From Methanoregula sp. (GTDB lineage: Archaea > Halobacteriota > Methanomicrobia > Methanomicrobiales > Methanospirillaceae), in assembly GCA_030653335.1 (NCBI GenBank), contig JAURZP010000403.1:1-32179 (forward strand): a stretch of DNA of 32,179 nucleotides, read 5' to 3'. Every line of letters starts with the position of its first letter. Position 1 is the first letter of the stretch. Positions 1 through 9,421 of this stretch are shown here, piece by piece. The notes beneath the pieces were generated by a model. The model saw nothing but the letters and a program-made list of their open reading frames with translations, made no database searches and had not been told where the DNA came from. The position numbers were made by a program, and so were the translations under genes.

Positions 1-82
1 GGTAGCCCTGCAGCACCGTCATCTGGTTGTTGATATCGTGCCGGGTGATGGAAGGAAGGTGAGCAGGATTTTTTGGATACAT
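1..82 (-). CDS. Histidine kinase N-terminus (partial, runs off left edge)
   Basis: Manual translation from ATG at 82: MYPKNPAHLPSITRHDINNQMTVLQGY, matching the Methanomicrobiales HisKA H-box (SSITRHDIxNQ). GGAGG RBS ~10 nt upstream; in-frame stop at 176-178. Not in ORF track. Confidence 0.7.
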   Translation of the reverse strand, partial: MYPKNPAHLPSITRHDINNQMTVLQGY

Positions 83-206
83 AAAGGGCGTCCTCCTTTC
101 TGCCGGAGATCCGTGATCTTGCTGACTGCCACCAGGACCGCTGGTGCCCCTTTTTAGATCCTCTACCGTGCTTATCTATTCAGAATACACAGAAGTCTGG
201 CCCGTT

Positions 207-965
207 TTAACTCCGCACGCAGAGAGTCCCTTTCCCCCGGTTTGCCACATCACCCTTATACACATCCGCAGTAACCTTCCACTCAGGAAGCACCCGCTGC
301 TCAATCTTTTCAAAGGTGGGGAGCATGTCGTGCACCGTACCTAAAATAACGCACGAGCCGCTCTTCATATTCCCGCAGGGCCGGGTGGCATCGCCTTCGA
401 TGATTAATTCCCCGCCCCGCATCTCCACACCGGGGAAATCACCGGCACTGCCATGGATGTGCACGGTTCCGCCGGCAAGGTATTCAGCGCAGAAATCCCC
501 GGTATTGCCAGACACTTCCACCTTGCCGCCCTGCATCCCTTTCTTCTCGCCGCGGTATCCGGTTGCACAGTAATGACTGGCATTGCCCCGGCAGAGGATA
601 GTCCCGCCCCGCATCTCCCGTCCGAGCCACGAATCGGCATTGCCACGGATCTCGATCGTTCCGCCGCTCATGAAGTTCCCGCAGTGCATGCCGATGTCCC
701 CTTCGATCACGATACTGCCGGTATCCATGTACTCGCCGACCCGCTTGATCCGCGAAGTATCGCCTTTGAGTATCACTTCGATGTTTTCGGGAGAGACTGC
801 GGTTCCTTCGACAAAGATCCAGAACATCTCTGAGAGCGTACGCTCCTTGTTACCCTCATAGACGATAAGGTCAGTACCTTTTAAGAAATTGCGGGGAATG
901 ATCGCCTCTGCTTCGATCGGGAGATTAGGCTTTGCCCGCACTTTGCTCTCGAGGATCACTCTCAT
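207..965 (-). CDS. fwdC: Formylmethanofuran dehydrogenase subunit C
   Basis: GXGXG beta-helix repeats (GEYMDTG, GNFMSGG, GREMRGG), CATGYRGEKKGM, C-terminal GDVANRGKG; overlaps fwdA. Confidence 0.95.
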   Translation of the reverse strand: MRVILESKVRAKPNLPIEAEAIIPRNFLKGTDLIVYEGNKERTLSEMFWIFVEGTAVSPENIEVILKGDTSRIKRVGEYMDTGSIVIEGDIGMHCGNFMSGGTIEIRGNADSWLGREMRGGTILCRGNASHYCATGYRGEKKGMQGGKVEVSGNTGDFCAEYLAGGTVHIHGSAGDFPGVEMRGGELIIEGDATRPCGNMKSGSCVILGTVHDMLPTFEKIEQRVLPEWKVTADVYKGDVANRGKGTLCVRS

Positions 966-2662
966 GTAAATACCTCCGTTTCTATGCGCCGCCCGCGGGG
1001 GAGGTACACGTCCTGCACCGGGTAATTGCTCATTCTCACCGTGTAGAACTGCTCAAATCGTTTGATGAATTCCGGGTCATTCTCCATCCGGAGATCCTCG
1101 GGTACCTTTGCATCCACCCAGAAGGTCGCATTTGCACCGTCCACAATGATATCTCCGTCACGCGAAACCACGCGTCCCCGTTTGATCGTGTACCGGGTCT
1201 TCTGGAACCCTTCCACCACTTTCCGGTATTCCCGGGCCGGGTCAACGGAATCGGTCCGGATCGGGTAGATGGCAATGTCGGCTTCCGCACCGATGCCGAG
1301 ATGGCCTTTACCCTGGTTGATGATACCCAGTGCCTTTGCCTGCCCTGCCCGGGTCATGACGGCGATATCGTGCCAGTCCAACTCCCGTTCAAGCGCACAG
1401 AGCGAGGTTCTCTGCTCGACACCGGTTGCCAGCGTGGCACATTCCTCATCCCTATAGCGTTTGCTCATCAGGAGGCCGATGATCTCGGGATATTTCACAA
1501 ACGGTGCACCGTTGGGGTTGTCGGTCTCAAGCAGGCACTGGTACGGATTTTTCGTGAGAAGTGCCAGTTCGAGGCCGATCGCCCACATGATGCAGTTCAC
1601 GGCACTCTTCTTCGAGTACGTTACCGGTATGATACCGGACCCGGTCTCCAGCTCCACATCGTGGTTGCTCCATTTGTTGTGGTGGAGACAGTGGAGGTTG
1701 AACTCCATGGGACCATCAGCGGTCATGGTCATGGTCCGGCCGAACATGATCTGGCCCATGTCCATCACGATCTGGGGTTTGCTGTTGACCGAGCGGGTGA
1801 TCTCTTCGGCCTTGGAACTGATGTTCTTCCATGTCCCGCCGCCGTACGCATGGAACTGCACATGAGTGGCGTACAGGGTCTGGCGGTCGGGATTTAAGTC
1901 AGGCACGATATCGAACGTTTCGAGCGTGGTCTGGTAATTGCCGGGTTTTCCTAAGTTGTTGCAGTGCAGGTGCACCGAATGGGGGAGTTTGAGAAGTTCG
2001 TTTGCCCGGATCATGGTGGTGATGATCTCGGCAGGAGTTACCGCAAAATGCGGAACCATCTCATGGATGCCGGTTAAGTCCTCACCAAAGCCCCACGCTT
2101 CGGTGCCGCCGGGGTTGGTCAGTTTGATCCCGTATCCCCGGGCTGCTTTTAGCGTCCATGCAACTACTGCCGCCGTCTTCCGGATATCTTTTTCCCGCAC
2201 CGCATCCATGACTGCCCAGTTGCCGTCGAAGAGAGTGTTGGCCAGCATGTCCTGGTGGGGAGTTGCCGTGAACTCTTCGTGGGTGTGACGCGCCTCTAAG
2301 GGAGCCATCGCCCCTTCGAGCAGGGTGGTGTATCCCATCGCACTGTACCGGTAACTGTTCCCAAACGTGGTCGGGACATAGTAGCCGCTCGTGACATGCA
2401 TCTTCCCCTTACGCTTTGTGCGACCCGCCCGCATATCCTCAGGGCTCATGTACCGCCCGAAGTTCACCTTCGTGCCGCTGACATGGGTATGCGAGTCGAT
2501 GCCCCCGGGCAGCGTGAGACAACGCTGTGCATCGATTACATCTGCCCGGTCCGAAACAGATTCCACAATCCTGCCGTCACGGATTGTGATATCCATGATC
2601 TCGCCGTTGATGCCCCGGATCGGGTCAATGACACAGGCATTTTTTACCCATATTTCGGTCAT
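962..2662 (-). CDS. fwdA: Formylmethanofuran dehydrogenase subunit A (amidohydrolase)
   Basis: PGGIDSHTH, GIKLTNPGG, SVHLHCNNLG, THVQFHAYGG, GHLGIGAEADIAIY motifs; 566 aa. Confidence 0.97.
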   Translation of the reverse strand: MTEIWVKNACVIDPIRGINGEIMDITIRDGRIVESVSDRADVIDAQRCLTLPGGIDSHTHVSGTKVNFGRYMSPEDMRAGRTKRKGKMHVTSGYYVPTTFGNSYRYSAMGYTTLLEGAMAPLEARHTHEEFTATPHQDMLANTLFDGNWAVMDAVREKDIRKTAAVVAWTLKAARGYGIKLTNPGGTEAWGFGEDLTGIHEMVPHFAVTPAEIITTMIRANELLKLPHSVHLHCNNLGKPGNYQTTLETFDIVPDLNPDRQTLYATHVQFHAYGGGTWKNISSKAEEITRSVNSKPQIVMDMGQIMFGRTMTMTADGPMEFNLHCLHHNKWSNHDVELETGSGIIPVTYSKKSAVNCIMWAIGLELALLTKNPYQCLLETDNPNGAPFVKYPEIIGLLMSKRYRDEECATLATGVEQRTSLCALERELDWHDIAVMTRAGQAKALGIINQGKGHLGIGAEADIAIYPIRTDSVDPAREYRKVVEGFQKTRYTIKRGRVVSRDGDIIVDGANATFWVDAKVPEDLRMENDPEFIKRFEQFYTVRMSNYPVQDVYLPRGRRIETEVFT

Positions 2663-3948
2663 AGCTCCTTTCCTCCGTTCAGGCGATCATAGATCTTTTT
2701 TAGGATCTCTGCATCGTCCGGGTACCCACGGTCGATCACTTTTTTCAACCGTATGGGTACCCCGTCCATACGGTACGCGGTTCCTGCTGCATCGATACCC
2801 GCCGCAGTGCAGGGAATATGGATGCGGGATAGGGCAGTTGTCGCGTTCACGTGCGGGTCGATAACCACGGTTGGGATCTTTGCAAGGTGGGCAGCAGCAG
2901 CCCGGGGGAAGTTCGCCCCCGGGTCACTTGCAACAATAAGGGCTGCATCGCATTCTCCCCTCCGCAATATGTCAACGGCTGTTGTCTCGCCGGGATTGTA
3001 AAACGCAATGCCCCGGGCAAAATCAACGGCAAAGGGATACCCGGTCATCCACGTGAAGACTTCATTGGAACCATAGACATTCCCGTGGCCCCGCAGCGGG
3101 GAGATCACAAATTTCGTGTGACGGTTGAGTTCGTCGGTAAGCTCAATGGCATTTCTTATGTTCTTGTATTTTCCACGGCTCATCGTGAGACCGAGACCAA
3201 AAAAGATCGCCCCGAACTTTGCCGTTTTACAGATCTCTGCAATACGGATAAGCTGCTCCTTAGAAACACCGGCGACTTTTGCGGGAATGACCGATGCTTT
3301 TCCACGGACAATTGCCCGTAGTGCGGATAGCACCGCGTAATCCCCGCTGTGTTCGATCTGCACGAATTCGTCGGCAATGCCGGCAGTATCGGTCCTGCGG
3401 GTATCGACAACGATCACCGTTCGTTCCCGCTGGGCATCCGGGACAAAAAAGCCAGTAGCATACGTGGTATACCGGCTCATGTGGCGGGGATGCGCCTCAA
3501 TAGGATTGCACCCCCAGTAGATGATCACATCCGCCCGGTTCTTCACCTGGCCGAGCGTGCAGCCGGGATGGCCGACTTCCTGGATGGCAAGAATGGACGG
3601 CCCGTGGCAGACGGTACTTGTATTGTCGATGACAGCTCCAATGAGTTCAGCGATATGCACACCAATGCTCTGTGCTTCACCGTGCGTGCTGCTCCACCCG
3701 TACAGGAGCGGCCGGTCTGCACCCTGTAAGATCTCTGCCGTCTCTTTGATCGCTTCGGTATAGGAGATATCCTCCCAGCCGCTCTCCGTGCGCCTTATTG
3801 GGGACGGGAGCCTTACGTCATTCATGAACGTTGACTCTGCAAGGGCGCAACCGTTCTGCACCTTTACGATCTTTCCTCCTTCGCACACGAGTTCGAGATC
3901 ATCGCAGAGGCAACCACAGAAGGGGCAGACCACATCATGTTCGATCAT
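2659..3948 (-). CDS. fwdB: Formylmethanofuran dehydrogenase subunit B (Mo/W-pterin, Cys form)
   Basis: CPFCGCLCDD, TVCHGPS (Cys ligand), CTLGQVKNRAD, HPRHMSRY, GTAYRMDGVP. Confidence 0.97.
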   Translation of the reverse strand: MIEHDVVCPFCGCLCDDLELVCEGGKIVKVQNGCALAESTFMNDVRLPSPIRRTESGWEDISYTEAIKETAEILQGADRPLLYGWSSTHGEAQSIGVHIAELIGAVIDNTSTVCHGPSILAIQEVGHPGCTLGQVKNRADVIIYWGCNPIEAHPRHMSRYTTYATGFFVPDAQRERTVIVVDTRRTDTAGIADEFVQIEHSGDYAVLSALRAIVRGKASVIPAKVAGVSKEQLIRIAEICKTAKFGAIFFGLGLTMSRGKYKNIRNAIELTDELNRHTKFVISPLRGHGNVYGSNEVFTWMTGYPFAVDFARGIAFYNPGETTAVDILRRGECDAALIVASDPGANFPRAAAAHLAKIPTVVIDPHVNATTALSRIHIPCTAAGIDAAGTAYRMDGVPIRLKKVIDRGYPDDAEILKKIYDRLNGGKEL

Positions 3949-4333
3949 AACGCAACCCCCCGATCGCTTCCATGAGTTCCCCTACGCTCTTTACCGGTTC
4001 TTCTGTAGGTTCGATTTCCACACTCTGGCTCTTGAAGTCCGGCATGCCGGTACCATGGGTCTCAGAGGAGATGATGTGGTTGGCATACGGGCCGATCGCG
4101 ACAAAAATCTCCGCTCGTGCCACTCCCTCTGCGGGACGTGCGGTAAGGACGATATAACCGGCAGGCGTAGTGAGCCGGACCCGGTCCCCGTCCTCGATTC
4201 CCAGCATCATCATATCCACAGGATTGAGAAAGCCAGCCGATGTCACGCTACGATAGTTATCCGACCCCTTGTGCTCGACCGAAGTACCCTGCGGAACCGT
4301 GCGCCCGGTGTTGAGGATACACTTCACTGCCAT
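3935..4333 (-). CDS. fwdD: Formylmethanofuran dehydrogenase subunit D
   Basis: Start reassigned to ATG 4333 (MAVKCILNTGRT; GGAGG RBS); GPYAN and ETHGTGMPDFK motifs. Confidence 0.93.
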   Translation of the reverse strand: MAVKCILNTGRTVPQGTSVEHKGSDNYRSVTSAGFLNPVDMMMLGIEDGDRVRLTTPAGYIVLTARPAEGVARAEIFVAIGPYANHIISSETHGTGMPDFKSQSVEIEPTEEPVKSVGELMEAIGGLRYDRT

Positions 4334-4941
4334 CCCTCCTGCACGGGCTGCTGGTATCCTTCGAGGATCCGGGCAATCCGGATGGCACCATTCGGGCAGC
4401 TGACTTCGCAGGTCTTGCAGCCCGTGCATTTATCCTCGTGGATTACCACAATGTCACCTTCCTGCACCCGCATGATCACGTCGTCATTGGAGGAATGCCC
4501 GCCTGCCCCCATCTGGGCATCGGCCTGCTTGTTGACCGGACACGCAGTACAGCAATTCCCGCAGCCGGTGCAGAGTTCCGTATCAATCGCGATACGGAAC
4601 GAGAAGAGCAGCGACGTGCCTTCGCGTTCCATCGTCTCACGGATCCTCCCGCTTTTTAAGACGCCGTTCGGGCACGCCTCCACGCAGAGCCCACAGCGGA
4701 TGCAGTGCCCTTTGTGGATTTTTGGCATCCAGCCATCGCCGGCATGCACCACCTCGATAGCACCCGGTGCCGGGCAGGCCATCATGCAGAAGAGGGCATG
4801 TGTGCAGGTCTTGCCGGTCGGCTCCGGAAATCCCCGGAAATGGGAAGGAGTAACTAATGGAGCGGTCTTTGCAAAGAGGAATTTTTTGATCCACTCAGCG
4901 CGGGCAAACTCCCTGATATACCAGACCAGAGACGATACCAT
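4324..4941 (-). CDS. Polyferredoxin, apparent EhaP (N-terminal)-FwdG (C-terminal) fusion
   Basis: Start reassigned to ATG 4941 (MVSSLVWYIREFAR, EhaP-like). Four ferredoxin motifs; C-terminal half CTGCGNCCTACPVN...GG...DVIMRVQEG...CTGCKTCEVSCP resembles FwdG. Confidence 0.8.
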   Translation of the reverse strand: MVSSLVWYIREFARAEWIKKFLFAKTAPLVTPSHFRGFPEPTGKTCTHALFCMMACPAPGAIEVVHAGDGWMPKIHKGHCIRCGLCVEACPNGVLKSGRIRETMEREGTSLLFSFRIAIDTELCTGCGNCCTACPVNKQADAQMGAGGHSSNDDVIMRVQEGDIVVIHEDKCTGCKTCEVSCPNGAIRIARILEGYQQPVQEGWQ

Positions 4942-4943
4942 TT

Positions 4944-6029
4944 TTACCGCTCCGTGCAGGCAACACAAGGGTCTGCCGAGATGAAGGTTGCAGTGACATC
5001 GGCGATTGAATCCGACCCGATGATCATCTCGTGGCAGCACGCTTCGATGTTCATGATGGACGGAGTCTGGATCTGGATCTCTACGATTCGTCCGAATTCA
5101 TCACTCTTGATAAAATAGGTCAGTTCTCCCCGTGGGGCTTCGCCGCTGTACCGGGTCTCTCCCGCTTTGCAGACGCCCCCGCCACGCACTACACCTTTTG
5201 GAAGTTCCCGCAGGCATTTCCGGATCAGATCGATGCTCTGGAAGACTTCGTCGAACCGGACCATCACCCGCGCAAAGTTATCGCAATCGGGCCGGGTGAT
5301 CGGGACAAAGCCGAGTTTCTGGTAGGTTGGATGATTTTGCCGGCAGTCATACGCGATTCCACTCCCCCGTGCAGTCGGACCAACCACATGGGCCCGCTGT
5401 GCTGCCTCCAGTGTGAGAATCCCGACACCCCGGCTACGCAGTGCGATCATCGGACCGCTCTCAAACATCCCGGAATACCGGCGCAGATCCCCTTCGATCC
5501 GGTCGAGCGATACCAGTAATGCTTCTGCTTCCTTTCTCTGGATGTCGCACCGGACACCCCCGGGGATCATGTAAGCGCAGGTGACCCGGGCACCGGTCAG
5601 GCGCTCAAGTTCATCCATCACATGCTCCCGTAAGTCAAGCAGGTACATCCCCAGTGTCTCGTGCTCAATCGTATAGCAGTACGAGAAATTGGCGAGTATG
5701 TGGCTCTGCATCCGGTCGAGTTCGTTTGCGATCACCCGGAGATACGCGGCGCGGGGCGGAACGACGATATCGCTGATCTGTTCCATAGCCTCGATAAATA
5801 CCATGTTATGGATCACCGAGCAGATCCCGCAGACTCGCTCGGCAAGGAACATCACCTCCTGCCACGGGCGCCCCTTCATGATCCGCTCGATCCCCTTCTT
5901 CATGTACCCGAGCTCGACTTCGGCGCCGGTAATGCGTTCACCTTTTGCCTCGCACTTGAGCCGGACCGGCTCCTTGAAGCAGGGGTGAATGGGCCCTAAC
6001 GGAATATTGACATCCACAATACGTTTCAT
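4944..6029 (-). CDS. ehaO: Energy-converting hydrogenase A, [NiFe] large subunit
   Basis: GPIHP, ERVCGIC (L1) and DPCVAC (L2) motifs, EAPRGEL. Confidence 0.95.
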   Translation of the reverse strand: MKRIVDVNIPLGPIHPCFKEPVRLKCEAKGERITGAEVELGYMKKGIERIMKGRPWQEVMFLAERVCGICSVIHNMVFIEAMEQISDIVVPPRAAYLRVIANELDRMQSHILANFSYCYTIEHETLGMYLLDLREHVMDELERLTGARVTCAYMIPGGVRCDIQRKEAEALLVSLDRIEGDLRRYSGMFESGPMIALRSRGVGILTLEAAQRAHVVGPTARGSGIAYDCRQNHPTYQKLGFVPITRPDCDNFARVMVRFDEVFQSIDLIRKCLRELPKGVVRGGGVCKAGETRYSGEAPRGELTYFIKSDEFGRIVEIQIQTPSIMNIEACCHEMIIGSDSIADVTATFISADPCVACTER

Positions 6030-6481
6030 TAGTGCTCCTCCTCCCAGTTGGCAAAGACTGAATCGCGCACCGACATGATTGCCTGCAGGATCTCGGTGGG
6101 ACGGGGCGGGCAGCCCGGAACTTCAGCAGCGATCGGGATGTGCTTTTTTACCGGTGGATCGACAAAGGAGCCCTTCCGATCGAACAGGCACCCGGAGATG
6201 GGGCAGTTGCCGATGGTGATTGCGGCCTTTGGTGCGGGAATCTTCTCCCAGACCATGGCAAGTTTCTCCTCCCAGCCCGGGGTATAGGCGCCGATCACGA
6301 GCAGGACATCAGCTTCCCTTGGGTTATTGTGGACAAATATGCCGTACTGTTCGATATCGTAGCGGGGGGCTAAACAGGCGAGCACCTCGATATCGCAGCC
6401 ATTGCAGGATCCGACATCTACGTATGCCACATGGATCGAACGCGACCGTACCTTATTTTTTATCCGCTGGAGAATGTTCAT
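6029..6481 (-). CDS. ehaN: Energy-converting hydrogenase A, small subunit
   Basis: GSCNGCDIE, NPREADVL, GNCPISG, PGCPPRP (NuoB-like). Confidence 0.95.
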   Translation of the reverse strand: MNILQRIKNKVRSRSIHVAYVDVGSCNGCDIEVLACLAPRYDIEQYGIFVHNNPREADVLLVIGAYTPGWEEKLAMVWEKIPAPKAAITIGNCPISGCLFDRKGSFVDPPVKKHIPIAAEVPGCPPRPTEILQAIMSVRDSVFANWEEEH

Positions 6482-6867
6482 ATATTCAATGCCTCCCGTA
6501 TCTGTATCCTGCCATACGCGATCGCGTCATCCAATGGTGTGCCTGTTTGTAAGCGTGCATCCACTTCCCTGAAAATGGCATCCATTGCTGCACCGGAAAG
6601 GATCTGAAGATAAACCGTATATTTTTCCCGTCCCAGTGCCTGTGCAACTGCATCGCCCTGATCGGCATGATCTGCTGCCATCTCCGCCCGTGCGGGGAGA
6701 TTTTCCAACTGGATCATGTCAAGATGTTCAATTAAGTATCTTCGCAACTCCTGCACGGGAATATTCAGTTCAAGGGCAATCTTCCGCACAAGGATGTCGT
6801 GCCGCATCGCAACAAGAATCCGGTATTTCTGGGGAACAAGATCCTGCTCGTAGAGGTAGGTGGTCAT
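6478..6867 (-). CDS. ehaM: Eha subunit M (DUF1959-like)
   Basis: Soluble 129 aa directly before ehaN; LDMIQLENLPAR motif. Confidence 0.75.
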   Translation of the reverse strand: MTTYLYEQDLVPQKYRILVAMRHDILVRKIALELNIPVQELRRYLIEHLDMIQLENLPARAEMAADHADQGDAVAQALGREKYTVYLQILSGAAMDAIFREVDARLQTGTPLDDAIAYGRIQIREALNI

Positions 6868-7106
6868 AACAGCCCCCCGTATTTGAACGCCCCGTAAACC
6901 ACAAACAGGAGCACGGCGGCCCAGAGTGCGACAATCTCAGCAGTGTGGAGCCGGTGCTCATCATTTATGAGATAGTATGCAGTGGCAATCGCGAGCACAA
7001 TGGCAACAACAATGCCTTCTGCCCAGATAGATGGCCGGTCAATGATCTGGGCGATGGTGATGAGAATGTACAATACACCTCCAAAGAGAATCGTTTCACG
7101 GATCAT
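6864..7106 (-). CDS. Small Eha membrane subunit (EhaK-like by position)
   Basis: 80 aa, three hydrophobic segments, overlaps ehaJ and ehaM. Confidence 0.65.
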   Translation of the reverse strand: MIRETILFGGVLYILITIAQIIDRPSIWAEGIVVAIVLAIATAYYLINDEHRLHTAEIVALWAAVLLFVVYGAFKYGGLL

Positions 7107-7951
7107 GGTTGCACCACCATCAGGACTATCGCCGCATACACAAGCATCAGGGCGGTTACCAGCATCTGGATGGTCACCGAATCAAAAGGCGACATCATCG
7201 GCGTGACTGCACAGGCAAACGCGAGAATTACAATCATCAGGATCATACCAACCAGAAGCCATGGCAGGGAGAGCGGCCCGATGAATACCGCAAGGAAGAC
7301 GGCGATCAGGACATAGGTCTTTAAGCCGTTGCAGATCTCAAGACCCGCACGCCAGATGCCGAAGTGTTCGGTCTTGTACCCGCTTACCAGCTCCTTTGCC
7401 TCAACAATGGAGAAGGGACCAAAGGGCATCTTTGAGAGGATCACAATGAACATCGCACAGGCTGCCGGAAATGCAATGATGAGCAGCGGGCCGTGCACCT
7501 GCTGGTAATACATAATGGCAGAGAGGTCGAGTGAGCGGGTGTAGACTGCGATCACTGCAACGCTGACAAAGAGCGGGAGCTCCGATGCGGCCGAGATGAC
7601 TGACCGGACACCGCCATACTTGCTGTACGGCGATCCGGACGAGAGCCCGAACCCATGCTCCACGATCTTATGGAGCATGTAGATCCCAAAAATGACAAGG
7701 AGGCTTCCCCCGCTGATGAGCACGTAGAATGCAGCCGTCCAGATACCAATTGCGATCAGGACAACCCCGACAAAGAGGACCGGGCTTGCGGTCTTTGGGA
7801 TCCAGGTTGTCTTGAAGGAGAACTTGAGCATGTGCAGGATCTCCTGCCATATGGGCGGGCCGGGTCTCCGCTGGATCCGGGCGATGATCTTCCGGTGGAT
7901 GCCTAAGAGGAGCAGGCCAAAGAAGGTGGCAATGAGGAGTTCTGCGATCAT
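7103..7951 (-). CDS. ehaJ: Eha subunit J (NuoH-like membrane subunit)
   Basis: ARIQRRPGPPIWQ, SSGSPYSKYGGVR, PFSIVEAKELVSGY; start reassigned to ATG 7951. Confidence 0.92.
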   Translation of the reverse strand: MIAELLIATFFGLLLLGIHRKIIARIQRRPGPPIWQEILHMLKFSFKTTWIPKTASPVLFVGVVLIAIGIWTAAFYVLISGGSLLVIFGIYMLHKIVEHGFGLSSGSPYSKYGGVRSVISAASELPLFVSVAVIAVYTRSLDLSAIMYYQQVHGPLLIIAFPAACAMFIVILSKMPFGPFSIVEAKELVSGYKTEHFGIWRAGLEICNGLKTYVLIAVFLAVFIGPLSLPWLLVGMILMIVILAFACAVTPMMSPFDSVTIQMLVTALMLVYAAIVLMVVQP

Positions 7952-7952
7952 A

Positions 7953-8162
7953 TCAGTACCCGATGAACGGGATGTCACCTCCGGACTCTCCTGCCATCCA
8001 GATAAAGAAGAGTGAAAGAACCGTGACCGGGAATGTCACGACAAGCAATGCGGAGCAGACAGGGAGCGGTATCATTCCCATGAAGTACAGTACGGATGCG
8101 ATCACACAGACACCCGCACCCACCCAGAATATTCGTGCAACCGTTGTTCTCTTCATCTTCAT
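7953..8162 (-). CDS. ehaI: Eha subunit I (small membrane protein)
   Basis: Two TM segments, C-terminal DIPFIGY; start ATG 8162 overlaps ehaH stop. Confidence 0.75.
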   Translation of the reverse strand: MKMKRTTVARIFWVGAGVCVIASVLYFMGMIPLPVCSALLVVTFPVTVLSLFFIWMAGESGGDIPFIGY

Positions 8163-8821
8163 CACCCCAGCATAATGATCTCGACAACCCGCAGGAATAT
8201 CAGCAGCGAGGAGAGCGAACACATGATCACATACGGTGCACCCGGGGCCCGGAACATCTCGGCTTTTGCCGCGTAGAAGGGAGCCATTCCCTCACCGATC
8301 ACGCCGAGCATGAGCATCCCCTTTGCGATCAGCGGAACGGCCGGCACGGTGCCTTTCATCAGCTCGATCATCGAGAGCGAGCCGGTTACAGCAGCGTACA
8401 CAGCAGCGCCAGCAAAGAGGGGGACTGTTGCTGCAAGAGCCACCAGCCCGTACTGGTATGCCGCGTCCTGCACGTGCGGGCTCTTTACCGCAGCAACAAT
8501 CCCGACATTGGTGATTCCGACCATCGCAGTAAAGAGGGTGAAGTTAAAGATATCCCCGGTCACCATCGCTCCCATCGTGGCAAGCCCGCAGGCGATCGCC
8601 ATAAAGCGCCGGAACCGCATCTCGTCCACACTGATCTCCTTGGCCCGGTAGGCATCGCCACCAAACGCGATATCGATCTGTTTTTCGGGCTGGCTGATGA
8701 GCGCAAGCACGGTAAAGGTCAGGGCGAGCAAAAAGAGCGTGATCGTGTAAGGCGTCAGGTATACAAGTTCATCGCCAAACTCCAGTATATAGAGGGGGAC
8801 TCCCCCGACAAGATCAATCAT
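8162..8821 (-). CDS. ehaH: Eha subunit H (antiporter-like)
   Basis: RFRRFMAIACGLAT, TGDIFNF, APFYAAKAEMFRAPGAPY; start ATG 8821. Confidence 0.88.
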   Translation of the reverse strand: MIDLVGGVPLYILEFGDELVYLTPYTITLFLLALTFTVLALISQPEKQIDIAFGGDAYRAKEISVDEMRFRRFMAIACGLATMGAMVTGDIFNFTLFTAMVGITNVGIVAAVKSPHVQDAAYQYGLVALAATVPLFAGAAVYAAVTGSLSMIELMKGTVPAVPLIAKGMLMLGVIGEGMAPFYAAKAEMFRAPGAPYVIMCSLSSLLIFLRVVEIIMLG

Positions 8822-9419
8822 GCTGCTTCCCCCACATGGTCCCGACAAGGGACATCTTCACGGTTACTTTCAGGAGGATGCCAATCGCAGCTCCCATGAG
8901 CGCAACAAACCAGTACTGCGGCAGGAACATGAAGACAAAGAATGCAAAGATCCAGATCGCCCATGAGATACCGCTTGCCATCTCGAGCAGGTTTAAGTCA
9001 TTCCGGTACGTGCGGGAGATGAAGAGAAAGACCAGGCCAAGCCCCGCCACCCCGCCCCCGGTAAACCCGGAGAGGACCATGCCATACGCAACAAGGAAGA
9101 TCGAGAGGATCAACGGTGCATCAGACTTTGTGATCACTTCGATGTTGAGCCCCATCACGGGCCGGTTCCGGATCCCCTCCTTGGTGCAATAGATCTGGGA
9201 AAGGGCGAGCAGTTCAGCAATTCCCACCGTAAGGCCCGGGAGGATCAGGGCTTCTGCAAGATCGGTGCCGAGCATTGCGATGATACCGAGCGCCACGATC
9301 TCGACCAGATCGAGAAGGAGAAGCTTGTGGAGGTCATCGCGCTCCCGTGCCAGTGCATAGAACGCAATGACTGCGGCAACCATTATGACCAATATCCCGT
9401 AACTATACTGTGCCCACAT
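8814..9419 (-). CDS. ehaG: Eha subunit G
   Basis: GTDLAEALILPGL, SGFTGGGVAG motifs; operon position. Confidence 0.85.
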   Translation of the reverse strand: MWAQYSYGILVIMVAAVIAFYALARERDDLHKLLLLDLVEIVALGIIAMLGTDLAEALILPGLTVGIAELLALSQIYCTKEGIRNRPVMGLNIEVITKSDAPLILSIFLVAYGMVLSGFTGGGVAGLGLVFLFISRTYRNDLNLLEMASGISWAIWIFAFFVFMFLPQYWFVALMGAAIGILLKVTVKMSLVGTMWGKQHD

Positions 9420-9421
9420 GG

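Noticed and set aside
3600-3615. Possible selenocysteine in FwdB
   Set aside because: Active-site codon is TGC (VCHGP); no in-frame TGA
932-4984. Long plus-strand ORFs (932-1897, 3788-4984 and others)
   Set aside because: Antisense shadows of well-supported fwd/eha genes, with no recognisable motifs
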